Notes: generated from the sequence alone by a model not told the origin. A DNA stretch of 64,000 nt from Eledone cirrhosa (GCA_964016885.1 OZ024757.1:23498001-23562000); one strand, 5' to 3'; shown: positions 27,277-39,102, counted from the stretch's first letter. Numbers and translations: made by a program.

Positions 27277-27406
27277 TATATGTATGTATATATATCATCA
27301 TCATCTTCGTTTAATGTCCATTTTCCATGCTAGCATGGGGTGTATGTATGTATCTATGTGCATATGTATGTATGTATCTGTGTGCGTATACATGTGTGTG
27401 TGTATG

Positions 27407-27475
<69 letters not shown>

Positions 27476-28815
27476 CAACATCATCATCATCGTTTAACAT
27501 CTACTTTCCACGCTAGCATGGGTTAGATGGGTTTGTCTCATTAGAGGCAAGTTGGGTCAGGTGACCATGACTCACTCATATAGGACTGTTTCTGGATGCT
27601 TTTCTATGCCTGGATGCCCTTCCTAACGCCAATCACATTTACAGTGTGTGCCGGATGCTTTTTGCCGTGTCTCCTACACAACCACTTTACAGTGTGGGCT
27701 GGATGTTTTGTGGTACCAACATAACTTTACAGAGTAAGGGTGCTGAAGGCAGAAGTGGAAGGGAGGTGTAGGTGGTGTGGGAGGTGTATATTGGATTTAG
27801 AGGTGCCTACTGAGTGTAAGTTTAAGTCCGTGCGCAAGGGAAGGCGGGTCTTCTGTATTACGGCATAGCGCCAAAGATCTCGATCTCATCATTGTCTTAG
27901 AGAGGTGCAAGTGTGGAAGGTCAGCTTTTATCACCTCATCCCAGGACTTTCTGGGTCTATCTACTCAATAGCTTTCATCAATTTTGATCGGTCTGAACTT
28001 TTTTATACAGCTGTTGTCTTTCATGTGCATCACATGACCATACCAACGCAATCTCCTCTCTAATATACTTCGTCTTATCCCTCATATGCCTAATTTCTCA
28101 GTTCATTTACACTTTGCCGTTCATGTATATTACTATTATGCATCCATCGGAGCATGCCAGCTTCATGTCTTTCCAATCTGCGCAGATCCTCTATACACTA
28201 TGCCCATGTCTCACTGCTGTTCATATACAAGCATCATACAATTTTCCTTTCATTTTTAGAGAGAAGCCTTTTTATGGCCAACAGTAGTATTAGCACTCTG
28301 AACTTTCTCCATCCGTTCTTACTCTGGCTACTGTACTTTCAGAACACCCTTCTCTACTGTTGATTTTGTCACCCAGATAACGGAAAGTGTCTACTCTTTT
28401 ATAGAACCATCTGGGCAGTTGAAGGAGCTAGTATCCAATGGGCACTTGCTACTTACTGCACCTGAGCATTGGCCACATATAAAACCTACATTCTTTGATA
28501 GCCTGCCTGTGATCCCACTACATCTTGTATGTACCCATAGCTTACATTTGGGACATAGAATGGAATTTCTACCTACTCTTTTCCTACATACAGAGCAAAG
28601 CCATTTCCCAGAGGAAACCTGTGCCCTATTTTCCTTTCAACATACTAGAACATTAGTCTTAGACAAGTTAACTTTAAGGCCTTTTGATTCTAGGCCATGC
28701 TTCCAGGTTTGGAATTTCTTCTCTAGTTCTGCTATGAGAGTTAGATCATCTGCATATAGAAGTTCCCATAGGCAGCCAGTCTTGAACTCTTCTGTTATAG
28801 CCTGTAGGGAAATAA
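27476..28815 (-). mobile_element. RTE-clade LINE, 5'-truncated and decayed (RT C-terminus, 3' UTR and (GAT)n tail)
   Basis: Minus strand LLYADDL (about 28750), RLRWYGHV (about 28045), RPRKSWDEVIKADL (about 27940), RDLWRYAV; UTR at 27476-27810. Confidence 0.88.
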
Positions 28816-28937
28816 TGTATGTATATTTGTATGTATGTGTGTGTGAATCTGTATGTAAGAATGTGTGTGTGTATCTATGTATATGAAAGTATTTGAGTCT
28901 GTATGTGTGTATGTATCTGTGTGCATATATATGTATA

Positions 28938-28988
<51 letters not shown>

Positions 28989-29145
28989 ATGTATATTTGT
29001 ATGTATGCATTTGTGTATATGTATGTATTTGTGTATGTGTTCGTATATATGTATTTGTGGTATGTATGTATTTGTGTATATATGTATGTGTTTATGTGTG
29101 TATGTATGTATGTATTTGTGTATGTATGTATTTATGTATCTGTGT

Positions 29146-30685
29146 ATAATAATAATAATAATAATAATGAAATTATTGTGTAAAGTGCTCAGGTGCACTA
29201 CAACTCGTCAAAGGTGTATGTATAGTACATAGAATAATACACAAATGTCAGGGAAGTACATGTGTGTATGTGTTAGCTGTAGTGTTGGCGGATCTCGGGA
29301 AGCATGGAGGCCTTAAAGGATGCAGTGTCTCGACAGCTAACAACTGATGCAGGTAGTTTGTTCCATGCTTCAGCAACTCTGAGCATGAAAAAATGTTTCC
29401 GAAAGTCATGGGAACTGTGCTGTTTTCTTACTTTATGGGCATGTCCACGTGTGTTAGACACATGGAAATCAAAAAGGTACTCAGGGTTGTTGTTGGCAAC
29501 ATGGTTAACAATTTTGTGGGTGTTTACCAAGTCAGTTGCCAGGCGTCGGAGCTTCAATGAATCCATGCCCAGGGAAGCAAGGTGCTCAGAGTATGGTAGA
29601 TGCCTGATGGAGGGTATTCGCTTGGTTGCACGTCTCTGAACAGTTTCCAGGCGGTCAATGTTCTGAGCAAGATAGGGGTTCCAGACTGGTGATGCAAATT
29701 CTAAGTGTGGTCGCACCATAGCTGTATACAGCCTTAAATAGATATCTGGAGAGCGGCTGACAAAGGTCTTGCTGAGTGATGCTAAGACACCCTCGTCCCT
29801 CTTGACAATTTTAGAGACGTGCCTCGTCCAACGCAAATCGCTGCTGACCGTAATGCCCAGGTCACGTTCACAGGAAGACTTCTTGATATTAGTGCTGTGG
29901 AGGGAGTATGTGGACGCTGGGTTTTTACTCCCAAAATGTATGGTGGTGCACTTGTCCACAGCTAGCTTGAGTTGCCAGTCTGAGATCCATTGTTGCATTG
30001 TGTCTAGGTCAGACTGCAAGCAAGATCTATAGTGTTCAGGATCTGTCCTTTTTATCTCAAGGTACAGCTTGATGTCGTCTGCGTACTTTAGTACTGTGGC
30101 ATTCCTTAAGTTGGCATCTATGTCATTAATATATGCCACAAACAAAAGGGGGCCAAGAACAGATCCCTGTGGTACACCAGATGACATCTCATATGGTGAG
30201 AAATGCTGTCCCAGAACCGTGACTACCTCTCTTCGACTGAGAATGAAGGACTTCAACCAGTTAAAAAGATCATCCTTCACACCCATTGCAGAGAGTTTTG
30301 CCATAAGCCTTTTGTGTGGCACAGAATTGAAGGCCTTCGCAAAGTCAAGGTAAACAACATCCACCCATGAGCCGCCATCAGTGATCCGGGTGATGTCCTC
30401 AAGAAACTCTATAAGTTGATCACAGCAGCTGGAGTTGGGGATAAATCCAAATTGCGAGGGCCGGATAAGACTGTGAGAGCTCCAGAAATTGCAAAGTGTT
30501 TCTCTGACACAGGATTCCATCAGTTTGGCGATGCAACTAGTAAGACTGACTGGACGATAGTTCACAGGTGATGTGCGGTCACCCTTTTTGAACAGAGGAA
30601 TGACACTGGCAGTTTTCCACTATTCTGGAGTAGCACTGTTGTTCAGACAGAATTGGAAGAAGCGTGATAACTGGTGTAGAAGGAA
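29146..30685 (-). mobile_element. CR1-group LINE, 5'-truncated, with (ATT)n tail
   Basis: RT ORF plus 3' UTR ending in (ATT)n at about 29146-29167; inserted in a TGTA-rich microsatellite. Confidence 0.9.
29273..30565 (-). CDS. LINE ORF2 reverse transcriptase domain (CR1 group), partial
   Basis: NYRPVSLTS, QFGF, YLDFAKAFNSV, GVPQGSVLGPLLF, KYADD, ERDLG, VRPHLEFA, QRRATK, TRGH, WNKLP; no endonuclease domain. Confidence 0.85.
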   Translation of the reverse strand: MNYRPVSLTSCIAKLMESCVRETLCNFWSSHSLIRPSQFGFIPNSSCCDQLIEFLEDITRITDGGSWVDVVYLDFAKAFNSVPHKRLMAKLSAMGVKDDLFNWLKSFILSRREVVTVLGQHFSPYEMSSGVPQGSVLGPLLFVAYINDIDANLRNATVLKYADDIKLYLEIKRTDPEHYRSCLQSDLDTMQQWISDWQLKLAVDKCTTIHFGSKNPASTYSLHSTNIKKSSCERDLGITVSSDLRWTRHVSKIVKRDEGVLASLSKTFVSRSPDIYLRLYTAMVRPHLEFASPVWNPYLAQNIDRLETVQRRATKRIPSIRHLPYSEHLASLGMDSLKLRRLATDLVNTHKIVNHVANNNPEYLFDFHVSNTRGHAHKVRKQHSSHDFRKHFFMLRVAEAWNKLPASVVSCRDTASFKASMLPEIRQHYS

Positions 30686-31112
30686 GTATGTACGTATGTA
30701 TGTATTTGTGTATGTATTTATGTATATGTATGTGTATGTATGTTTGTATTTGTGTATGTATGTTTGTATTTGTGTATGTACGTATGTATTTGTGTATGTA
30801 TGTATTTATGTATATGTGTGTATGTGTGTGTGTATGTGTGTATATATTTATGTATATGTGTGTGTATGTGTGTATGTACGAATGTATTTGTGTATGGACC
30901 CGTAATTCTTGGAGTCATAGGGGTGTCCTAGAGACATACAGTGTGTCTTAAGGCACTTTAAACATGACAGTACCCATCTCCTCTCTAGGTCTGACCCCAG
31001 TATTGCACTGGTACATTTTTATCAACCATAACAGGATGAAAGACAAAGTTGGCCTCTTATTAGGACGGGAGTAAATAGCAAAGTATTCCACTGACTCTGG
31101 AATCAGACAGAG

Positions 31113-31430
31113 TTGGAGCAGGGGTGGGACAGGGGGTGGGGCAGGGGGTGGAGCAGGGGTGGAGCAGGTGGTGGAGCAGGGGTAAGGCAGGTGGTGGAGC
31201 AGGGGTGGGGCACGGGTGGGGCAGGGGTGGGGCAGTCGTTAGTACTGTTTCTATATCTGGTGTGTGGCAGAGGTGGGGCAGCTGTTAGTACTGTTTCTAT
31301 ATCTGGTGTATGGTAGGGGTGGGGCAGCTGTCAGTACTGTTTCTATATCTGGTGTATGGCAGGGGGTGGGGCAGCTGTTAGTATTGTTTCTATATCTGGT
31401 GTGTGGGGGTGGGGCAGCTGTTAGTACTGT
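31113..31430. repeat. G-rich repeats followed by an approximately 45-bp minisatellite
   Basis: ggagcaggggtg runs; gggcagctgttagtactgtttctatatctggtgt repeated about 4-5 times. Confidence 0.8.
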
Positions 31431-31592
31431 GTATGACTGTGAGGGTGGAAGGGTGGCACCAGGGAAGCTCTGTGTTGTGGTAATATATTTAGTGTATGGC
31501 TGAGAGGGGGGTGGCAGTTCTGAATTCCTTTTCTATATCTGGTGAATGGCTAAAAAAAATAGGCGGATGGGCCGCTTTGAGTTCTATTTATT

Positions 31593-31665
<73 letters not shown>

Positions 31666-32928
31666 ACAGTGTAATTATTTTGTGGGTACAACAACTTTTG
31701 AGAGACAGCATATGCCCAGGTGTTTTTCTTCTATTAATTGAATGGTAATGAGAATCAAAAGATGTCATTTCGGAACACTGAGTTTTGAAATAAAATTTCA
31801 CACTGACTAGTAATTGGTGTAGCTTTATTGGAAAACAAATTGTACAAAATTATTGAGCATGTATTGGTACTGGTACTGGCTTCTACAGAACATGTCTTTA
31901 AAATATAACAAAATAAAAGGTTAATTCAAAACTTTGATGAATTTAATCAACTCAAAACTGCAAAAAAATCTCACTCTAATTGCAGCCAAATAGCCAAGAG
32001 AGGTCAACCACTAATGAATTAATCAGATTTAAGATTATAATTAGCATCTTGTTCTGTACGAAAGCAATATGGAGGAAAATTTCAAGAAACAGGAATCAGT
32101 TGTGATATTTAATGACAGAATATGAAGGGAAAAAAAAAAAAAAATATAATAAATAAAATAAAAGCAACTATTCATTTTAAGAACCATTGATTATGTTTTC
32201 AAAAGACATGTTCAATAAAATATAATGATTCTAGGATCGAAAAATATTAGGCATCTTTCTGAGTTTCAAAGAAACTCCTATGAAGGAACTAGTGGAAATT
32301 TAGTGTGGCAATCTTTGGGAAACCGTTTTACTTCGCGAAATAACAAAGATTCCACTTTTACAACAACAAAAGAGTTAAAGGAAATTGATTTCTTCTATCA
32401 TTAATTAACAAAAGGAATTTTGTTCTAAAATAGAAAAAAAAAATTACAAAAAAATACAAAGAAAAATGTTTGCGAGAAAATTATATATTATAAGATTGTT
32501 AAGCTTTGAGCAATCTTTTTCACAAATACAGATGCAATGCTTTCTTTGATACAAAATATCTGAGTTATTGTAGTTTTAACCCTTCTGAGAAAATATCTGA
32601 GTTATTGAAGTTTTAACCCTTCCAATTCCAACATGCCTAAAACCACCTTGATTTTATGGCAGGGTTCCCAAAAGTTTTCAAATGCGGAACACTTATTAGT
32701 TCAGAAACTTTTCATGGAACTCCAAAGTCTAATACTGTCATATGGTCATAATATAAATATACTCCTCTACCCTTTTTCAGGGAACCCCAGACACCGCTTT
32801 ACGGAATCCACTTTGGGTTATGGTATAAAACTGCCCACTTTAAAAGGTTCATTCTTGTGTTAAAACCTTCCATTGTAATTATATTTAAGAATTCAAAAAT
32901 TGAAGTCTTTAATATAAGAAATCATTAT

Positions 32929-33770
32929 GCGGTGGATTGGCAGTATCGGTAAAGCTTTGGACACCCTGCTTCGTGGCAGAGAGTTACGGCCCTTTACATC
33001 AGAGTCCAAATCCCGCTCAGGTTAGCGTTGCCTTTGCTGATAAAATAAAGCACCAGTAACGTACTGGGGTTTATTTAATCAACTTTCCCTTCCCTCCAAA
33101 TAACTGGCCTTGTGCCTTACGGGGGGGGGGGGGGTCGATAAAAAAAGTACCAGTAATGTACTGGGATAATTGCTGGCCTTGTGGAAAAATAGAAACAATT
33201 ATTTATTGTAAGGCCGTCCATATCGGTAGAGGGTCGGACGCCATGCTTTGGAGCATAGAGCTACGGCCCTTTATGATCTGAGTTCAAATCCCGCCGAGGT
33301 TAACTTTGCCTTTCATCCTTATGGGGGGTCGATAAAATAAAGTACCAGTAATGCACTGGATTAATTGCTGGCATTGTGCCAAAAATAGAAACCATTATTT
33401 GGCAGTATCGGTAGAGGGTCGGACGCCATGCTTTCCAGCATAGAGTTACGTCCCTTTACGATCTGAGTTCAAATCCCACCGAGGTTGACTTTGCCTTTCA
33501 TCCTTATGGGGGGTCGATAAAATAAAGTACCAGTAATGCACTGGTATAATTGCTGGCATTGTGCCAAAAATAGAAACCATTATTTGGCAGTATCGATAGA
33601 GGGTCGGACGCCATGCTTTCCAGCATAGTTACGTCCCTTTACGATCTGAGTTCAAATCCCGCCGAGGTTGACTTTGCCTTTCATCCTTATGGGGGGTCGA
33701 TAAAATAAAGTACCAGTAATGCACTGGGTAAATTGCTGGCATTGTGCCTAAAGTAGAAACAATTATTATT
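32929..33770 (+). mobile_element. Head-to-tail multimer of SINE family B (4 bodies plus a partial unit)
   Basis: B box at about 33002, 33280, 33466 and 33648; later units of about 185 bp are joined at aaaccattatt|tggcagtatcg. Confidence 0.88.
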
Positions 33771-34099
33771 TTTGTGCACTTTTTCGCTTCTATTTTCCCT
33801 TCACCTTTTATTATATTTAGCAACAATGTTCGTGTTAATACTTTCCTATCATAGAAACAACAAAAAAAAACAATCAAACTCCTACGTTGAGGGTATGACA
33901 GCTGCTGATAATGAGAACCAAAAGCATTGAATTTACTTTTGCAATCAGTGATCCATTCAGATAGTTTAGAAAATGTCCCTCAAGTAAGAGGTTAGATGTA
34001 CTTTGTTAAAAACCACACCATTCTGTCTGCTTTTCAACACATCAACTATCTTTCAATCTCCCTTACTCTAAATGAGAGATGGAAAAGCCCCATGGAATT

Positions 34100-34215
34100 G
34101 TGTGTGTGCATGTGTGTGTGTGTATATATATATATGTGTGCGTGTGTGTGCGTGTGTGCGTGTGCATGTATATTTGCATGCCTGATTACATATATATATA
34201 TATGTATACATATAT

Positions 34216-34274
<59 letters not shown>

Positions 34275-34289
34275 CATATATATGTATAC

Positions 34290-34326
<37 letters not shown>

Positions 34327-34402
34327 CATATATATATGTATATATACATATATATATGTATACATATATATATGTATACATATATATATATATATATATA
34401 TG

Positions 34403-34444
<42 letters not shown>

Positions 34445-34469
34445 ATATATATGTACTTATATATATACA

Positions 34470-34535
<66 letters not shown>
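34100..34535. repeat. TG/TA/TACA microsatellite
   Basis: Directly visible. Confidence 0.95.
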
Positions 34536-34536
<1 letters not shown>

Positions 34537-35083
34537 TCAAATAGAAAGGGTTTGAACCTTTTATCTTCATGTTTTCGACCCCAATAAAATCCAAACATTT
34601 GCAAGCTATGTCAATCAACAGTACGCATGAATAACTCATGTGGTTGATATAATCCCTTCCATCGTTGTTGCTCTTGCAATGGCAACTATATCGAAATAAA
34701 GGATCAAACCTGCCAACTAAACAGTTCTGTGGTAATTCCTGCTGTTCACTCAGCTTCTATCTTCTACATTCCTTCTGGAGTTATAAATATCACCAGAGCA
34801 CAGTTGACAGACTTTATTGCCATGAAATATCTATATAAGTGTCAATGCTTCTGCTTTTATTAACATTAAATTATCATGGGTGCGTGCAAGAAGGAAGTAA
34901 GCTATATCTCTTCTATGAAATGTTGGGTTCTGTTGGGGATATGACAGTAGAGGAAGGCTCAAATAATTGCTTTTATTGGAACTTAAAATTTATTCAGAGT
35001 TTTAACTGATTTCTCTAATTAACATACATGCTCCCAGTTAGTCCTAGTATCTACTGTGTTATATGTAGCCAAATAAAATTTAA

Positions 35084-35677
35084 CTCTTTAGCATTTGCAT
35101 TACTCTATATATACTGATGGAGGCACATGGCTTAGTGGTTAGAGCATTGGCCTTGCAATCGAAAGGTTGTGAGTTCAATTCTCAGACCAGGTAATGTGTT
35201 GTTTCCTTGAGCAAGAAACTTTATTTCACGTTGCTCCAGTTTACTCAGCTGTAGAAATGAGATGTTAGAAACTGGGGTCCCTATCATTCCACTGCAAAGT
35301 GGTCATGGAGGTGCCACGGAAAAAAAAAAAACACCCAGCCCACACCGTAAAGTGGACGTGTAGGCACCACAGAAAAAAAAGGACCCAGCACTCACTGTAA
35401 ATGAGGTTGGTGTTAGGAAGGGCATCCATCTGTAGAAATCAAGCCAGAATCAGTTCCTGTCCCACCCTTGCAAGCAGGGAAAAGCGGACATAAAATGATG
35501 ATGATGATATTGTATTTTCGTGATAAAGGCTTTATCTCACATAATTATCTCACATAATATTTATTTATTTATTTTGAGAACAATACCTTAAGGGTATGAG
35601 GGACCGGTTATTCCCAGTTTGAACAAAAATAGGTGAGAGAATTCTGGCCGGATGAGGCCAGTTTAAATGCTAAAGGG
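35084..35677. mobile_element. piggyBac-type MITE carrying a nested full-length SINE A (35117-35508, +)
   Basis: TTAA flanks; the MITE body resumes at attgtattttcgtgataaagg after the (GAT)n tail. Confidence 0.85.
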
Positions 35678-36006
35678 TTAATGTTGTTATAATTAGTTAG
35701 TCGCGGAACCTCTATGTTGATGTTGGATCCACTAGAAATACCAGCTAAATATCCCTTATATTAATTTACCATCATAAAAGGAAGGAAATATTGAATACGT
35801 ATATATATATATATATTTAGGTTTGTTGGTTCACCACTGGATAGAACTGGTCATTCCGTATGGTCGACCTCGATGTAATATTATGGAGAGCATTCAACGT
35901 GAGGGTGGCCGACCAGGGTAGAAGCTGCTAAATGTTCAGTCGCCCTCATGTCTCTGAATTTCAACCCCATGGATTTTGTCTATTATATTCCTTTGTTATA
36001 TTTCGA

Positions 36007-36064
36007 ATACCTGATGATGTCACCGGATTCATACTGAACCTGGTCATTGAAATAATCATAGTAT
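36007..36064 (+). ncRNA. Hammerhead-ribozyme-like motif, type I (family 3, within repeat 35818-36112)
   Basis: auac-CUGAUGA-...accgg.uuca/ugaa.cuggu...-GAAA-uaauca-UA-guau; base of stem II is imperfect. Confidence 0.55.
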
Positions 36065-36447
36065 AATAAACCTTTTAAGGAATTATACCAGTCCAGCCTC
36101 CTGTTATTTTAAAATATATATATATACACACACACATCTGTATGAGACTGCTAATTCTCCCACCACTGCCACTACCATCTTAATCCCACCTCTTCAATTA
36201 ACTCTACCCCCAAGTTTTCCTTATTTGTACCGTCTCTGCTATTGAATTGTAGTTCTTATCTGATTCATGATAATATATATGTGATTGTGTGTGTGTATGT
36301 GTGTGTGTGTGTGTATGTGTATATATATATATATATATATATTAAGACAGGGGGGAAGAAAAAATGGCTTCACTTGTGCTTTCAACAAATTTATTTTCTT
36401 CACAAAATCCAAAAAGAATTTTTCTTAAAAAAAATTATTTTATAAAT

Positions 36448-36485
<38 letters not shown>

Positions 36486-36488
<3 letters not shown>

Positions 36489-36800
36489 TGGCTGCCAACT
36501 CGTTTTCGAGTACGGCCACTACTTTATATCCATGTAGGAGAACCCCTACCGATGCGCTGAACGAGTGTGACTTTTTAGTCGAGCCAGCGACTTGAAAACT
36601 CTGGTACAAACACTACACTTGTGACAATTACTGACACAGTGCTGGGCCCATGGTACCATGTGACGACAAGTGCAGAGAGATCTCCAGATATAAAGCAATG
36701 CCTGTGCCGTGAAGCTTTTATAGTGAGCAAAGGCACTGCACAAAGCCAGTCCCACTCTCTTAACCAAGATGATATTTACCAAAAAGAAGAACAAGTCAAC
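36486..36800 (-). mobile_element. LINE (probably RTE) C-terminal fragment with C2H2-like motif
   Basis: Minus ORF ends ...CSVCTRVFKSLARLKSHTRSAH, followed by a short UTR abutting (TA)n. Confidence 0.5.
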
Positions 36801-36974
36801 ATCATTGGATACCATCAGGGTTGCAGGTGTTATATCAGAGTTTTCCTTCTCCTAGAATTCTGCCTTGACAAAGGCTAAGGGGTCATCTCTCCCGGTGATT
36901 TTGGATGGCCATTGACTCTTAAGAGCTCCTTTGCCCTTTGACATATATATATATACATATATATATATGTATAT

Positions 36975-37352
36975 ATTATTCAGAATATTAATAAATGAAG
37001 ACATTCATATAATCAAAATATATGTTTTTATTATATATATTTCGAAGGTACTGTGCTGTTTTTTCAATAGTTCAATTCCAGTATTGACGGCCAATACTGG
37101 AATTGAAGCATCAAGACAGTTGAGGTATGTCATACATCAATTCATGTATTTTATCTGACGAGGACGTACTGAAAAAAACAGCACAGTACCTTCGAAATAT
37201 ATATAATAAAACATATATTTTGATTATGTGAATGTCTTCATTTATTATTATTCGGAATAATAACAACTCCAGAAAACTTACTGTAGAGTGCTTTTAATCT
37301 ATTGTAAAACTATATTCATTGAATAATCAATGAACCATATTAATATTTGGTC
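36975..37352. mobile_element. Hammerhead family-1 fold-back element
   Basis: About 90-bp inverted arms (36975-37066 and 37170-37260), flanked by TA runs. Confidence 0.8.
37144..37214 (+). ncRNA. Minimal type I hammerhead ribozyme (family 1)
   Basis: uuuuau-CUGACGA-GGA(C)GUACUG/CAGUAC(C)UUC-GAAA-UAUAUA-UA^auaaaa; predicted cut after 37205. Confidence 0.75.
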
Positions 37353-37731
37353 ATATATATATATATAATACACAAGATGTCTACTGATGAATGGCTTCAC
37401 CATTTTCCGATGTTAATCAATGGTAACTCTTGATGACTTTTGCTGCATGAAAAGGTACCATCTAGGTCTTATAAAAACTTAGTGGCTAAGTATAATACTT
37501 ATTCTGTCTCTGCATTTTTTTTTTTAACCTATTTATGATGTTCTCTGCAAAATATTGGATATGTGGTTTTCTGTGATATTGGTCGTCTGCAAGCGCTGTA
37601 AGGTCTTGGATTTTTAGTTCTAATTCTTTCATAGAGCTGCATGATCATTAGATATCGATTTCTTCTTTGATATATATATATAGTTATATACGATATTAAA
37701 CAAATGGAAACTATATTTATAAAACCATATT

Positions 37732-37797
37732 TATTTCATTATATATATTTCAGGGATACCATATTAAAAATATGGTATGCCTTCCTCAGACAAAATA
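37732..37797 (-). ncRNA. Minimal type I hammerhead ribozyme (family 2)
   Basis: uauuuugu-CUGAGGA-AGG(C)AUACCAUAUU/AAUAUGGUAU(C)CCU-GAAA-UAUAUA-UA^augaaaua; 8-bp stem I includes two GU pairs. Confidence 0.75.
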
Positions 37798-37959
37798 CAA
37801 TATATAAACCGTTTTATAAATAAATTTGACATACCTAGAACAGTGCAACTTCCATATAGTTATATATATATATAAGCAAAAGGGATATTTAATTTGTTGG
37901 TAATTCAACAAATATATTTATAACAGATTCGAAGCACTCGACAAGTTTTCTGGAGTATA

Positions 37960-38155
37960 ATATCAATGATATTAATAAATGGAAACTATATTTATAAAAC
38001 CATATTTATTCTATTATATATATTTCAAGGGTACCAAAACTTTTGTATGCTCTCATCAGATAAGATGAGAGCATACCAAAGTTTTGCTACCCTTGAAATA
38101 TATATAATAGAATAAATATGGTTTTATAAATATAGTTTCTATTTATTAATATCAT

Positions 38156-38160
<5 letters not shown>
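37960..38160. repeat. About 200-bp palindrome; left arm carries a family-2 hammerhead on the minus strand (38011-38063)
   Basis: Centre ctctcatcagataagatgagag; minus strand reads uuau-CUGAUGA-GAG(C)..(C)CUU-GAAA-UAUAUA-UA-auag. Confidence 0.8.
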
Positions 38161-38191
<31 letters not shown>

Positions 38192-38197
<6 letters not shown>

Positions 38198-38310
38198 GAA
38201 ATGACTTGTACAAGACTAGAACCGTTTCATTCATATGAAATCATCAAGAATGTCCTGATGATTTCATATGAATGAACCAGTTCTAGTCTTGTAGAAGTCA
38301 TTTCTATATA
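38192..38310. repeat. About 120-bp palindrome next to (TA)n with a degenerate hammerhead-like core
   Basis: atagaaatgacttgtacaagactagaac ... gttctagtcttgtagaagtcatttctat. Confidence 0.8.
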
Positions 38311-38384
38311 AAATAAAAATGCCAAAGTGTTTAGTACCTTTTTTAACTGTGGTTGCTCCCCGACACAACTCGAGAATCTACATG

Positions 38385-38431
<47 letters not shown>

Positions 38432-38691
38432 TTCTTGAGAAAATATCATAGCTGAACTGTATTAGATGACGGCAAGAGCTCAGCTATCAGGCTGTAACTC
38501 AAAACATATATATATAGAGAGAGAGATAAAATCCAGACCGCTTGGCACTGTGGTCGGGATTTTACATATCTCTATACCCACTCTACATCTCCGCATGTGT
38601 TGAGTACTTCCATGATTAGTGGTCTTCTCGGTCTCAGCACCACGGACTCTCTCACTCTCCAATTGATGTATGACATACATCAATTCATGTA

Positions 38692-38753
38692 TTTTATCTG
38701 ATGAGGACGTACTGAAAAAACAGCACAGTACCTCCGAAATATATATAATAAAA
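38692..38753 (+). ncRNA. Minimal type I hammerhead ribozyme (family 1, element 38660-38900)
   Basis: uuuuau-CUGAUGA-GGA(C)GUACUG/CAGUAC(C)UCC-GAAA-UAUAUA-UA^auaaaa; predicted cut after 38747. Confidence 0.8.
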
Positions 38754-38919
38754 AATATATTTTGATTATGTGAACGTCTTCATTTATTATTATTTTGAAT
38801 AATATTAATAACTCCGGAAAACTTCTCTGTTCAGTGCTTTTAATCTATTGTAAAACTATATTCATTGAGTAAACAATGAACCTTATTAACATTTGGTTAT
38901 ATATATATATATATATATA

Positions 38920-39102
38920 ACGAAGGAGGTGTGGTAAGGAACCAGATGGACCATAATGCACCAGAGTCCTCAATAGTTAGGGTAGTAGAGTGGGTAATAG
39001 GAAAATGTTAGACCCCGACAGCAGAGCTCAAGCCGTTTCGTAGTCCAGAAATAGCCGTCGAAACGGCTTGAGCTCTGCCGTCGGGGTCTAACATTTTCCT
39101 AT
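38920..39102. mobile_element. Family-4 palindromic element with hammerhead 3' half
   Basis: Inverted repeat 38997-39102; the arm reads GAAA-CGGC..GCCG-UC^gggguc. Confidence 0.6.

Noticed and set aside
37380-37412. ctgatga-atgg-cttca-ccat as a hammerhead
   Set aside because: The hairpin is followed by tttcc rather than GAAA.
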